This document shows positions 33,916-47,188 of a stretch of 64,000 bases of DNA, piece by piece. Origin of the DNA: Alphaproteobacteria bacterium (GTDB taxonomy: Bacteria; Pseudomonadota; Alphaproteobacteria; MPNO01); assembly GCA_963667285.1 (NCBI GenBank), contig OY763326.1:4152030-4216029 (forward strand), read 5' to 3'. A program made the position numbers and the translations under genes. Below the pieces are notes generated by a model. It was not told the origin of the DNA. It made no database searches and worked only from the letters and a program-made list of their open reading frames with translations. The first letter of the stretch is position 1. Each line of letters starts with the position of its first letter.

Positions 33916-34716
33916 ATGGCCGAGATTCACCCCACGGCGATCGTGGAGTCGGGGGCCGAGCTGGGCGAAGGAGTCGTCGTCGGCCCTTACTGCACCGTCG
34001 CCCCCGAAGCCGAGCTGCACGATGGCGTCCGGCTGGTCTCGCACGTGGTGGTCGCCGGCCGTACGGTGATCGGCGCCGAAACCCGCGTCTACCCCTTTGC
34101 CTCCATAGGAACCCCGCCGCAGGATCTCAAATTCAGGGGCGAGCCGTCCCGGCTGGAGATCGGCACCGGCAACATCATCCGTGAATACGTCACCATGAAC
34201 CCGGGGACCGAGGGCGGCGGCATGCTGACCCGGGTCGGGGATAACGGCCTGTTCATGGTGGGGGCCCACGTAGCCCATGACTGCCGGGTCGGGAACCACG
34301 TTATCCTTGCCAACAACGCGACCCTGGGCGGTCACGTCGCCGTCGGCGATTTCGCGATCATCGGCGGGCTGGCCGCGGTCCACCAGCATTGCCGGATCGG
34401 CGCGCATGCGATCATCGGCGGGGTGTCCGCGGTGGTCCAGGACGTCATCCCATACGGATCCGCCGCGGGCGATCGCGCCCGGCTCGTCGGCCTCAACGTG
34501 GTGGGGCTTCGCCGCCGGGACTTCCCGCGCAACGAAATCCAGGCGCTTCGCACCGCCTACCGGCTGTTGTTCGCCGAAGAAGGCACGCTCTCCGAACGGC
34601 TGGAGGATGTGGCGCGGATGTATGAGGACAACCGGCCGGTGATGGACATCGTGGCGTTCATCCGCACCGATTCGACCCGCGCCATCTGTCAACCCAAGAC
34701 GGGCAATGAGCCCTAG
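33916..34716 (+). CDS. lpxA: UDP-N-acetylglucosamine acyltransferase
   Basis: IHPTAIV, PQDLKF, HVAHDC, GLNVVGLRRR. Confidence 0.97.
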   Translation: MAEIHPTAIVESGAELGEGVVVGPYCTVAPEAELHDGVRLVSHVVVAGRTVIGAETRVYPFASIGTPPQDLKFRGEPSRLEIGTGNIIREYVTMNPGTEGGGMLTRVGDNGLFMVGAHVAHDCRVGNHVILANNATLGGHVAVGDFAIIGGLAAVHQHCRIGAHAIIGGVSAVVQDVIPYGSAAGDRARLVGLNVVGLRRRDFPRNEIQALRTAYRLLFAEEGTLSERLEDVARMYEDNRPVMDIVAFIRTDSTRAICQPKTGNEP

Positions 34717-34984
34717 CCCGCATTTCCCGCCAGGGTCACGGCCTGCGTCGCGCCCGGGCGTTCGTCCCGCCAGGAGCGGGCCGAAGAGCGTAGCGGGGAC
34801 TACGGTCAAGGCCCGCGACGCAGCGGGCGGGCGCCCGGGCGCGACCCGGAGGGCGGCGCTGTCCGGCCGACAGGGTGCGTCGAGGCGCTTGCCCGATGTC
34901 CCCGCATCGCGCCGCGCGCCTCTCCTGCCCTGTCGGCCGGACAGCGCCGCGCAGGCCATGACCCTGGCGGGAAATGCGGGCTAG
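34713..34984. mobile_element. Non-autonomous palindromic element (MITE/RPE-like), 268 bp net, flanked by duplicated CTAG
   Basis: 35-bp TIRs 34713-34747 and 34950-34984 (1 mismatch); deleting one CTAG plus the interior restores ATG AGC CCT AGG ATC GGG GTT (MSPRIGVVAG), a normal lpxI start. Confidence 0.9.
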
Positions 34985-35795
34985 GATCGGGGTTGTCGCC
35001 GGCGCCGGCGACATGCCCGACCGGGTGATCGCGGCATGCCGGGAGCAGGGGCGCGATCCCTTCGTCGTCGGGTTGAAGGATCAGGCCTGCCCGGCGTCTT
35101 TCTCCCGGCCGCCCGACGCCTGGATCCGCCTCGGCGAAGCGGGGAAGGGCGTCGATCTCCTCAAAGCCGCAGGGGCGAAGGAGGTCGTTCTCGTCGGCGG
35201 CGTCAACAGGCCGCCGCTTCGTTCGCTGCGCCCCGATGCCTGGACGGCGCGCCTCCTGCTGCGCGTCGGACGGTCCTATTACCGCGACGGCTCGGTTCTG
35301 AGCGCGATCGCCGCGGCGCTCGAAGCGGAGGGTCTCCGGGTCGTGGCGCCGGAGAGCTTCGCCGCTTCCCTGGCCGCCGAGGCGCGCGCCTATAGCGCAC
35401 GCGCGCCCGACGCGGCGGAACGCGGCGACATCGCGCGCGGCTTCGACGTGGCCCGCGCCCTTGGCTCCCTCGATGTCGGCCAGGCCGTCATCGTCCAGCG
35501 GGAGCAGGTGATCGGGGTTGAGGCGGCGGAGGGGACGGATGCGCTCATCGAACGCTGCGCGGCGCTGCTCTCTCCGGGCGAGGGGGGTGTGCTGGTCAAG
35601 GCCTGCAAGCCGGGGCAGGACATCCGAATCGACCTGCCGACGATCGGGCCGCGCACCGTCTCCGGTGCGGCCCGGGCGGGGCTCGCGGGCATCGCCGTGG
35701 GGGCGGGCAGGGCGCTGATCCTCGACAGCCAGGAGGTGACGCGTCTGGCCGATGCCGCCGGCATGTTCGTCATCGGAATCGGCGAGACGGGGTGA
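34974..35795 (+). CDS. lpxI: UDP-2,3-diacylglucosamine pyrophosphatase LpxI (start codon donated by the inserted element)
   Basis: IGVVAGAG, LDVGQAV, VEAAEGTDALI, QDIRIDLPTIG; between lpxA and lpxB. Confidence 0.92.
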   Translation: MRARIGVVAGAGDMPDRVIAACREQGRDPFVVGLKDQACPASFSRPPDAWIRLGEAGKGVDLLKAAGAKEVVLVGGVNRPPLRSLRPDAWTARLLLRVGRSYYRDGSVLSAIAAALEAEGLRVVAPESFAASLAAEARAYSARAPDAAERGDIARGFDVARALGSLDVGQAVIVQREQVIGVEAAEGTDALIERCAALLSPGEGGVLVKACKPGQDIRIDLPTIGPRTVSGAARAGLAGIAVGAGRALILDSQEVTRLADAAGMFVIGIGETG

Positions 35796-35807
35796 GGAGC
35801 GGTTCCT

Positions 35808-36998
35808 GTGGAACCCCTCAAGCCGTCGTTCTTCTTCATCGCCGGAGAACCGTCCGGAGACGAGATCGGCGGCCGCCTCATCGCGGCGCTGCGCGAGGCA
35901 ACCGGCGGGGAGATGCGCATCGCCGGGATCGGCGGCGAAGCGATGGCCGCCGAGGGGCTGGAAAGCCTGTTTCCGATCGAGGAGCTCTCGGTCATGGGGC
36001 TCGTGGAGGTGGTGCCTCGGGCGCCCGGGATCATGCGCCGCATGTCACAGACCGCCCGCGCGATTCGCCGTCTTGCGCCCGACGCCGTGGTGACCATCGA
36101 CGCGCCGGCCTTCGCGAACGGCGTGTGGCGCCGCCTCGGCGAGGTCGACGCCGCGTTGATCCACTATGTAGCGCCGACGGTCTGGGCATGGCGCGCGGGC
36201 CGGGCCCGCAAGCTGGCCCGCAAGATCGACCATCTGCTCGCCCTGTTTCCCTTCGAGCCGCCGCATTTCGCGGCGGAAGGGCTCGACTGCACGTTTGTCG
36301 GCCACCCTGTCCTGGAAACCGGGATCGCCACCGATGACGGGGCTTCCTTCCGGGCGCGCCACGGCATTTCCGCCGGCCCCGTGATTGGCCTGCTGCCCGG
36401 AAGCCGCCGCGGCGAGATCTGCCGCCTCATGCCGGTTTTCGCGGACGCGACGCGACGGATCGCGGAAGCCGTGCCCGCCATCCGGGCGGTGATACCCGCC
36501 GTGCCGGCCCATGCCGCGCTGATCCGCGAGGCTGCCGCCGAACTGCCGGTCCCGGTCACGGTGACCGCCGAGCGTGGGGAGCGCCATGCGGCGATGGCGG
36601 CATGCGACGCGGCGATCGCGGCGTCGGGCACGGTGTCGCTCGACCTCGCCCTCGCCGGCGTGCCGATGGCGATCGCATACAAGCTCAACCCGCTGACCGC
36701 AACGATCCTGCGCCGGATGATCCGCGTCCGTTACGCGACGATCGTCAACCTGGTGCTTGACCGGCCGGCGATCCCCGAGTTTCTTCAGGAGAACTGCACC
36801 GGGGCCGCCCTGGCGGAAGCGGCGCTCCTGCTGTTGCGGGACGAAGGGGCGAGGTGCACGCAGATCGAGGCGACGGCCTCTGCGATCGCCGCGCTGCACC
36901 CTGACGGGGAACGCCCGAGCGCCCGGGCGGCTGCGGCGATACTCGACGTCCTGCGCCACCGGACGGACACGCGCATCGAACAGGGAGCAGTCACATGA
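35808..36998 (+). CDS. lpxB: Lipid-A-disaccharide synthase
   Basis: AGEPSGD, YVAPTVWAWR, FVGHP, LPGSRRGE, ASGT. Confidence 0.96.
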   Translation: MEPLKPSFFFIAGEPSGDEIGGRLIAALREATGGEMRIAGIGGEAMAAEGLESLFPIEELSVMGLVEVVPRAPGIMRRMSQTARAIRRLAPDAVVTIDAPAFANGVWRRLGEVDAALIHYVAPTVWAWRAGRARKLARKIDHLLALFPFEPPHFAAEGLDCTFVGHPVLETGIATDDGASFRARHGISAGPVIGLLPGSRRGEICRLMPVFADATRRIAEAVPAIRAVIPAVPAHAALIREAAAELPVPVTVTAERGERHAAMAACDAAIAASGTVSLDLALAGVPMAIAYKLNPLTATILRRMIRVRYATIVNLVLDRPAIPEFLQENCTGAALAEAALLLLRDEGARCTQIEATASAIAALHPDGERPSARAAAAILDVLRHRTDTRIEQGAVT

Positions 36999-37130
36999 CC
37001 GATGCCTCAGACAGGACCCGCTACCGCTTGCTCCACGCCATGATCCGGGTGAAGGACCTTGAGAAATCGCTCGATTTCTACACCCGGCATCTCGGTATGC
37101 GCCTGCTGAGGCGGCGCGAGTTTCCCGACG
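36995..37130 (+). pseudogene. gloA: Lactoylglutathione lyase (glyoxalase I), 5' fragment; reads into the IS to TAG at 37216
   Basis: RLLHAMIRVKDLEKSLDFYT..LGMRLLRRREFPD, interrupted at the TSD. Confidence 0.93.
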
Positions 37131-37177
37131 TGCGGCGCGACAATCAAGCTGAGACTTCTGCGTCAATCAGGATGAGA
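37131..37177 (+). repeat. IS21 left inverted repeat with two 18-bp subrepeats
   Basis: GCGACAATCAAGCTGAGA and GCGTCAATCAGGATGAGA at 23-bp spacing; begins TG. Confidence 0.92.
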
Positions 37178-37216
37178 CGGGGGAAGGCGGCGGCCCGGAA
37201 CGGAGGGAGGGCGTAG

Positions 37217-39663
<2,447 letters not shown>

Positions 39664-39701
39664 GCTGCCGGCGCCGGATCGGCAGAGCGCCACGAAACTC
39701 A

Positions 39702-39738
39702 CGGCCCGCGGGGATCGCCTCCGCGGGCCGCTTCTTCT
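39702..39738 (+). terminator. Terminator-like hairpin after istB
   Basis: CGGCCCGCGG-9nt-CCGCGGGCCG followed by CTTCTTCT. Confidence 0.6.
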
Positions 39739-39833
39739 CCGACCGACCAACACCGTCCCTCCGCGACAATCAAAAACCCCCTTGCAATCGCCGCCGCGAC
39801 AGGGAATCATCCTCTCGCCGCTGCCGCCGGGAA

Positions 39834-39880
39834 TCTCATCCTGATTGACGCGCGGCTCTCACCCAGATTGTCGCGCTATA
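39834..39880 (-). repeat. IS21 right inverted repeat
   Basis: Reverse complement TATAGCGCGACAATCTGGGTGAGAGCCGCGCGTCAATCAGGATGAGA. Confidence 0.92.
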
Positions 39881-39886
39881 CCGACG

Positions 39887-40170
39887 GCCGGTTCACGCTG
39901 GCCTTCGTGGGCTATGGCGACGAGGCCGACAACACGGTGATCGAGCTGACCCACAACTGGGATCAGGAGGCCGCTTACGATCTCGGCTCGGCTTTCGGCC
40001 ATCTCGCGGTCGCGGTCCCCGATGTGTACGGCATTTGCGAGGCGCTGGAGAGGGAGGGAGTCGGCATCCCCCGCCCGCCCGGGCCAATGAAATTCGGCGG
40101 CAGCCAGACCCACATGGCGTTCATCGAGGACCCGGACGGCTACCGGATCGAGTTGATCCAGCGGTCGTAG
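39887..40170 (+). pseudogene. gloA: Lactoylglutathione lyase, 3' fragment
   Basis: GRFTLAFVGYGDE..IELTHNW..FGHLA..FIEDPDGYRIELI; joins the 5' part in frame to give 139 aa. Confidence 0.93.
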
Positions 40171-40178
40171 CGCGCCGG

Positions 40179-41507
<1,329 letters not shown>

Positions 41508-41581
41508 CTCCGTTGTCCCCCGTTGGCCAGAAAGTCCGGCGGCGCGCCGGCGCCGGACTCTAATGTCTTGGCGCCCGCGGA

Positions 41582-43015
41582 TCAAATTTCCGGGCTGCCG
41601 GGGGCCGGGTCCCGGAGCCGGAGCGCGTCCTGGACGCGGCCCAGGGTTTCGTCCCGCCCGAGGACCGCCGCGACCTCGAAGATCCCGGGCGAAACGGTGC
41701 TGCCGGCGAGGCTCGCCCGGAGCGGTTGCGCGACCGCGCCCAGCTTGACGCCCCGCCGCTGCGCCAAGCCGCGCACCGCCTGTTCGATCCCGTCCTCGTC
41801 CCAGGAATCGATCGCTCCGAGTGCCTCCGCGAGCGCATGAAGCGACGATCCCGCGTCTCCGCCCAGGAGTTTCCGCGCCTTGGCGTCGATCGGAACGGGC
41901 CGCTCCCTGACGTAAAACGCCGCGCTCTCGGCCAGGGCGACGAGGCTGTTCGCGCGCGGCTTGAGACCCGGTATCGCCCGGGTCAGCCTCGCCACGTGAC
42001 GGTCGTCGAGCGCGGCGCCCAGCTCATCCTCCAGGCGCGGTCGGATCGACGCCACCAGCGTGTCGGCGTCGGTCTCCCGCAGGTAATGCGCGTTGAGGTT
42101 CATCAGCCGGTCGAGGTCGAAGCGAGCGGCGCCGCGTCCGACATGGTCGAGGTCGAACCAGGCGACCGCCTGGTCGCGGCCGATGATCTCGTCGTCGCCA
42201 TGGCTCCAGCCCAGGCGCAGCAGGCCGTTCACCATCGCATCGGGCAGTATGCCGAGCTCGCGATAGGCCTCCACGCCAAGCGCGCCGTGCCGCTTCGACA
42301 GCTTGGCGCCGTCGGCGCCGTGGATCAGCGGGATATGGGCGTAGACCGGCGGTTCCCAGCCGAGAGCGCGGAAGAGCTGGGTCTGGCGAAACGCGTTGTT
42401 CAGGTGGTCGTCGCCGCGGATCGCATGGGTGATCTCCATATCGTGATCGTCGACGACGACGGCAAGCATGTAAGTTGGCGTGCCGTCGCTGCGCAGCAGC
42501 ACCATGTCGTCGAGCTGGCGGTTGGAAACCCGGACAATCCCCTGCACCGCGTCCTCTATCGCCGTCTCCCCCTCGCGCGGTGCCTTGAAGCGGATCACCG
42601 GGTCGACGCCGGCCGGCGCCTCGCCGGGACCGCGGTCGCGCCAGGTACCGTCGTAAAGCACCGGGCGGCCCTCGGCCTTGGCCCGCTCGCGCATTTCGGC
42701 GAGCTCCCCGGCCGTGGCATAGCAGCGATAGGCCTTGCCCTCGTCGAGCAGGCGGCGCGCCGCCTCGACATGGCGCGGGAGGCGCGAGACCTGGCTCACC
42801 GGTTCGCCGTCCCAGTCAAGACCGAGCCAGGAGAGGCCGTCATAGATCGCCGCCACGGCCGCTTCGCTGGAACGACGGCGGTCGGTGTCTTCGATCCGCA
42901 GCAGAAACCGTCCGCCGTGACGCCGCGCGAACAGCCAGTTGAACAGCGCCGTCCGCGCGCCGCCGATATGGAGGAAACCGGTCGGGGAGGGGGCGAAGCG
43001 GGTGACGACCGTCAT
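41582..43015 (-). CDS. gltX: Glutamate--tRNA ligase
   Basis: [19 protein letters not shown]. Confidence 0.97.
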   Translation of the reverse strand: MTVVTRFAPSPTGFLHIGGARTALFNWLFARRHGGRFLLRIEDTDRRRSSEAAVAAIYDGLSWLGLDWDGEPVSQVSRLPRHVEAARRLLDEGKAYRCYATAGELAEMRERAKAEGRPVLYDGTWRDRGPGEAPAGVDPVIRFKAPREGETAIEDAVQGIVRVSNRQLDDMVLLRSDGTPTYMLAVVVDDHDMEITHAIRGDDHLNNAFRQTQLFRALGWEPPVYAHIPLIHGADGAKLSKRHGALGVEAYRELGILPDAMVNGLLRLGWSHGDDEIIGRDQAVAWFDLDHVGRGAARFDLDRLMNLNAHYLRETDADTLVASIRPRLEDELGAALDDRHVARLTRAIPGLKPRANSLVALAESAAFYVRERPVPIDAKARKLLGGDAGSSLHALAEALGAIDSWDEDGIEQAVRGLAQRRGVKLGAVAQPLRASLAGSTVSPGIFEVAAVLGRDETLGRVQDALRLRDPAPGSPEI

Positions 43016-43086
43016 GGCGGCTCCTCGGCGAATCGAGCTTCTTGCGCCGCGGCAACGAACCCGCGGCGCGGCTCAGCGCTTACACG

Positions 43087-45186
43087 ATGAACGCCGGGCT
43101 TGGCAACGCGGGCGTCTTGCGGGGCAGCGTGTCCGACCAGCGCGGCCGCTGGATTCTCTGGCTGCCGGTGTCGTTCGGGCTCGGCATCGCGATCTATTTC
43201 GCACTGCCCGTCGAGCCGGCGCTCTGGACGATCGCCATATCGGGCGTTCTCCTCGCTGCCGCCTGCGTCCTGGGCCGCGGCGTTCGCGGGCCCGCCCTGA
43301 TCGCGCTTGCCGCCCTCGCCGGCGGCTTCTCGCTCGCCCAGATACGCACCCTCGCGGTCGCCTCGCCCGTACTCGAACGCCGCATCGGCCCGGTCACCGT
43401 CACCGGGACGATAGAAGCCGCCTCGCTCTCGAAGCGCGGCGGGTGGCGTGTGACGATCGCCCAACCCCGGATCGCCCGACTCGCTCGCGAAGCGACGCCG
43501 CGGCGCATCCGGATCGGCATTCGCGCCGTCGATCCCGCACCCGAACCCGGCCGCCGCCTGTCGGTGCGCGCGGTTCTCCAACCGCCGCCGGTCCCGGTGG
43601 TTCCCGGCGGGTTCGATTTCGCGCGACGGGCCTGGTTTCTGGGCCTGGGCGCGGTCGGCTTTGCGGTCTCCCGGCCGACGGTCGTGCCGGCACGCGATTC
43701 CCCCGGTTGGAGAATGCGCGTCAACCGGCTGCGCCAGAGCGTCACCCGGCGCATCGTGTCTTCCCTCCCGGGCGCCGAAGGCGCGGTGGCGGCCGCCCTG
43801 ACCACCGGAGAGCGCGGAGCCATTCCCGAACGGGTGCTGGTCGCGATGCGCGATGCCGGGCTGGCCCATCTGCTCGCCATCTCGGGGCTCCACTTCTCGC
43901 TGGTGGCGGCCCTCCTGTTCGGCGGGATGCGCGCGGGTCTCGCCGCCATCCCCGCGGTCGCGCTGCGATACCCGATCAAGAAATGGGCGGCGGCCGGCGC
44001 GTTCGCGGGTGCGCTGGTCTATCTCGTGATCTCGGGCGCCTCGATCCCCACCCAACGCGCCTTCCTCATGCTTTCCGCGGTGCTGCTGGCGGTGCTGCTG
44101 GATCGGGCGGCGATCTCGATGCGGCTCGTCGCGGCGGCCGCCGCGGTGGTCCTGGCGATCGCGCCGGAAAGCCTGCTGGGCGCGAGCTTCCAGATGTCTT
44201 TCGCGGCCGTGGTCGCCCTCGTCGCCGCCTACGAGTCGGCTCGGGAATGGCTGGCCGGGCTGCGCGCGGATGCCGGGCCTCTGCGGCGCTTCGCCCTCTA
44301 CGCGTTCGGTGTCGCCCTGACGACCCTGGTTGCCGGCCTCGCCACCGCTCCGTTCGCGGCCTATCACTTCAACCGGCTCGCGGCGTTCGGGCTGGTGGCG
44401 AACCTGCTCGCCGTGCCGATTACCGGGCTCTGGATCATGCCCTGCGCCATCCTCGCCTTCCTGCTGATGCCGTTCGGGCTCGAAGGGATCGGGCTTCAGC
44501 CCATGGGATGGGGGATCGCGGTCGTCATCGCGGTCGCGGAGACCGTCTCGTCATGGCCCTCGGCGGTGCGCCTGGTTCCCGCCCTGCCGGCGGCCTTCCT
44601 CGCGCTGGTCACCGCCGGCGGGCTCTTTCTCTGCCTGTGGCGCGGCCGGCTGCGGACACTCGGGCTGGCTGGCATCGCGGCGGCGCTGTTGGTGGGCTGG
44701 CGCGAACGGCCGCCGGACATTCTCGTCGGCCTGGACCCGGGCGCCTTCGCGGTGCGTATCGCGGACGGCCTCGCGGTCGCGCCGGGGACGCGCCGCTTCA
44801 CCCGCGAGTATTGGCTGAGGAACGCGGGGGAGGCGGAAGCCGCAATATGGCCCGGCAGGCGCGGCGCCGGCGAATCCGCGCTCGCCTGCGACCGGCTCGG
44901 ATGCATGTTGCAACGCGGCGCCACCCCGGTCGCCCTGGTTTTCGACCGCGCCGCCCTGGAGGAAGACTGCCACCGGGCGGCGTTGCTGATCGCCGCGGTA
45001 CCGGTGCCCAGACGAAGATGCCGGGTGCCCGCTCGGCTGATCGATCTGTGGGAGCGCCGTCGCCAGGGCGCGCTCGCCATCTGGCTCAAGCCCCGCGGCC
45101 CACGGGTCCTGAGTGCGCGCGACTCCCGGGGCGCGCGCCCCTGGACGGCTCAGTACCGGCGGAACAGGCAGACCAGCCGGCCCTGA
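43087..45186 (+). CDS. comEC: ComEC/Rec2 competence protein
   Basis: [31 protein letters not shown]; start uncertain. Confidence 0.9.
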   Translation: MNAGLGNAGVLRGSVSDQRGRWILWLPVSFGLGIAIYFALPVEPALWTIAISGVLLAAACVLGRGVRGPALIALAALAGGFSLAQIRTLAVASPVLERRIGPVTVTGTIEAASLSKRGGWRVTIAQPRIARLAREATPRRIRIGIRAVDPAPEPGRRLSVRAVLQPPPVPVVPGGFDFARRAWFLGLGAVGFAVSRPTVVPARDSPGWRMRVNRLRQSVTRRIVSSLPGAEGAVAAALTTGERGAIPERVLVAMRDAGLAHLLAISGLHFSLVAALLFGGMRAGLAAIPAVALRYPIKKWAAAGAFAGALVYLVISGASIPTQRAFLMLSAVLLAVLLDRAAISMRLVAAAAAVVLAIAPESLLGASFQMSFAAVVALVAAYESAREWLAGLRADAGPLRRFALYAFGVALTTLVAGLATAPFAAYHFNRLAAFGLVANLLAVPITGLWIMPCAILAFLLMPFGLEGIGLQPMGWGIAVVIAVAETVSSWPSAVRLVPALPAAFLALVTAGGLFLCLWRGRLRTLGLAGIAAALLVGWRERPPDILVGLDPGAFAVRIADGLAVAPGTRRFTREYWLRNAGEAEAAIWPGRRGAGESALACDRLGCMLQRGATPVALVFDRAALEEDCHRAALLIAAVPVPRRRCRVPARLIDLWERRRQGALAIWLKPRGPRVLSARDSRGARPWTAQYRRNRQTSRP

Positions 45187-45851
45187 ACCTTGACCTGGTC
45201 GGGGCCGAATATGCGGGTCTCGTGGTTCGGGTTGGCGGGCTCCAGCGCAATCGAATCGCGGCGCCGCCGAAACCGTTTCAGGGTCACTTCCTCATCGCCG
45301 ACCAGGGCGACCACGATGTTGCCGTTCTCGGCCGTGTCGCCACGCCGGATCACCGCGACATCGCCGTCGTGGATGCCGGCCTCCACCATCGAATCCCCCT
45401 CGACTTCGAGGGCGTAGTGCTCGCCCGCGCCCAGCAGGGATTGCGGCATCGCGAAGCTTCGCGTGTTGTCGCGCAGCGCCTCGATCGGAACGCCGGCCGC
45501 GATCCGGCCATACAGCGGCAGCTCGACCAGCTGCTGGTCGTCGCCGCCGCTCGCGCCGCCGAGTTCGTTGGCGAAGTCGCCTTCGATCACCTTGGGCGCG
45601 AACGTGGCCCCCCGCCTGGCCGCACCCTCGGCCATCGTCTCCGGCCGGCGCAGCACTTCGAGGGCGCGCGCGCGGTGGGGCAGGCGGCGAATGAACCCGC
45701 GCTCCTCGAGGGCGACGATCAGGCGATGAATGCCCGATTTGGACTTGAGGTTGAGCGCCTCCTTCATCTCGTCGAAGGAGGGCGATACCCCGTGCTGGCC
45801 GATGAACGTGTCGATATAGGCCAGCAGTTCGTATTGCTTGGGCGTCAGCAT
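45150..45851 (-). CDS. lexA: LexA repressor
   Basis: [19 protein letters not shown] cleavage site, GDSM (Ser), TLKR (Lys). Confidence 0.97.
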   Translation of the reverse strand: MLTPKQYELLAYIDTFIGQHGVSPSFDEMKEALNLKSKSGIHRLIVALEERGFIRRLPHRARALEVLRRPETMAEGAARRGATFAPKVIEGDFANELGGASGGDDQQLVELPLYGRIAAGVPIEALRDNTRSFAMPQSLLGAGEHYALEVEGDSMVEAGIHDGDVAVIRRGDTAENGNIVVALVGDEEVTLKRFRRRRDSIALEPANPNHETRIFGPDQVKVQGRLVCLFRRY

Positions 45852-45885
45852 GGGTCACCGTCCGGCTTGGTCGCTACCAGATATG

Positions 45886-45925
45886 GAACGAAACATAAAC
45901 ATCTATACATGTTCTAGTAAAGTTC
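45886..45925. promoter_or_regulatory. Two alphaproteobacterial SOS boxes upstream of lexA
   Basis: GAAC-N7-AAAC (45886-45900) and perfect GTTC-N7-GTTC (45911-45925). Confidence 0.88.
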
Positions 45926-45967
45926 CAATCCCGGGTCAACGCCCCTGGACGGTTCCCGATTCGCGCC

Positions 45968-47188
45968 TCAAATGCCCACCGCACCGCCCTGGAGCCGGAG
46001 GATGCGGACGGGGGCGCCTTTGGCGGCCGCCGGCGCGAAGGGCTCGCGGACGATCAGGCAGTCCGCGCGCGCCATGTTGGCGAACATGGAGCTGTCCTGG
46101 ACGTCGAACGGCGTCGCCGTCAACCCGCCCTCCGCGTCGACCGCGACGGAGGCACGCAGATAGTCCTCGCGTTCGTCGTTGGCGGCCAGAGCTGCGCCGA
46201 GCCGCGCCGGCTCGCCGGCGTCGGGCGCCGCCGCGGCGCCCAGCATGGCGGAGAGCGCGGGTTTTACGAAAATCATCGCGCAAACCATCGACGAGACCGG
46301 GTTGCCCGGGAGCCCGAGCAGCGGCGTGCCGTCCAGGCTGCCGAAGATCAGCGGCTTTCCCGGGCGCATCGCTATGCGCCAGAAATCGACTTCCAGCCCG
46401 ACCTCGCCGAGCACGCTCCGCACCAGGTCGTGATCGCCCACCGATGCGCCGCCGGTGGTCAGCACCAGATCGGTGCCGCGCGCGCCCGCCGCCATCCTCT
46501 TCAGGGACTCGGCCGAATCCGGCGCAATCCCGAGATCGACCGGGTCCGCGCCGAGGGCGGCTGCGAACCCGGCGAGCGCCAGCGCGTTGGAACTCACGAT
46601 CTGGTCGCGCCCGATCGGCTCCCCGGGCATGACGATTTCGTCGCCGGTCGCGAGGATCGCCACCCGGGGCTTGCGGCGCACCTTGAGCCAGGGCAGGTTC
46701 ATCCCCGCCGCCAGCCCGATATCGCGCGCCGTCAGGATGCGGCCCGCCTCGAGCAGCACGTCGCCCGCCGAGAAGTCCAGCCCGGCGGGGCGGACGAACC
46801 GTCCCGAGGGGGTCTCGCCGTCGACGACCTCGACGCGACCGTCGCCGGCATCCCTGGTGTTCTCCTGGATGACGATGGCATCGGCGCCGTCGGGCACCGG
46901 CGCGCCGGTGAAAATGCGCACCGCTTCCCGCGGGCCGACGCCGCCCTCGAAGGCGCGCCCGGCCGGAGCGTAGCCGATCACCGAGAGAAGGGCGGGGAGG
47001 GTGCGGACGTCTTCCGCCCGGACCGCGTAGCCATCCATCGCCGAGACGGCCAGAGGCGGCTGGGTACGCCGGGCCGCCACGTCCTCGGCCAGCACCCGTC
47101 CAAGCGCCGCGCCGAGCCCGACCTGCTCGGCCGGCATCGGGCGGAGCGCCGCCAGGATGCGGCCGCGCGCTTCGGCAACCGAGATCAT
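45968..47188 (-). CDS. moeA: Molybdopterin molybdotransferase
   Basis: [34 protein letters not shown]. Confidence 0.96.
   Translation of the reverse strand: MISVAEARGRILAALRPMPAEQVGLGAALGRVLAEDVAARRTQPPLAVSAMDGYAVRAEDVRTLPALLSVIGYAPAGRAFEGGVGPREAVRIFTGAPVPDGADAIVIQENTRDAGDGRVEVVDGETPSGRFVRPAGLDFSAGDVLLEAGRILTARDIGLAAGMNLPWLKVRRKPRVAILATGDEIVMPGEPIGRDQIVSSNALALAGFAAALGADPVDLGIAPDSAESLKRMAAGARGTDLVLTTGGASVGDHDLVRSVLGEVGLEVDFWRIAMRPGKPLIFGSLDGTPLLGLPGNPVSSMVCAMIFVKPALSAMLGAAAAPDAGEPARLGAALAANDEREDYLRASVAVDAEGGLTATPFDVQDSSMFANMARADCLIVREPFAPAAAKGAPVRILRLQGGAVGI

Noticed and set aside
34706-34984. 92-aa ORF as a genuine conserved protein, or a ribosomal bypass element
   Set aside because: Low-complexity translation of a palindrome; no matched take-off/landing codons followed by a stop. 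Kept only as a possible coupling ORF.
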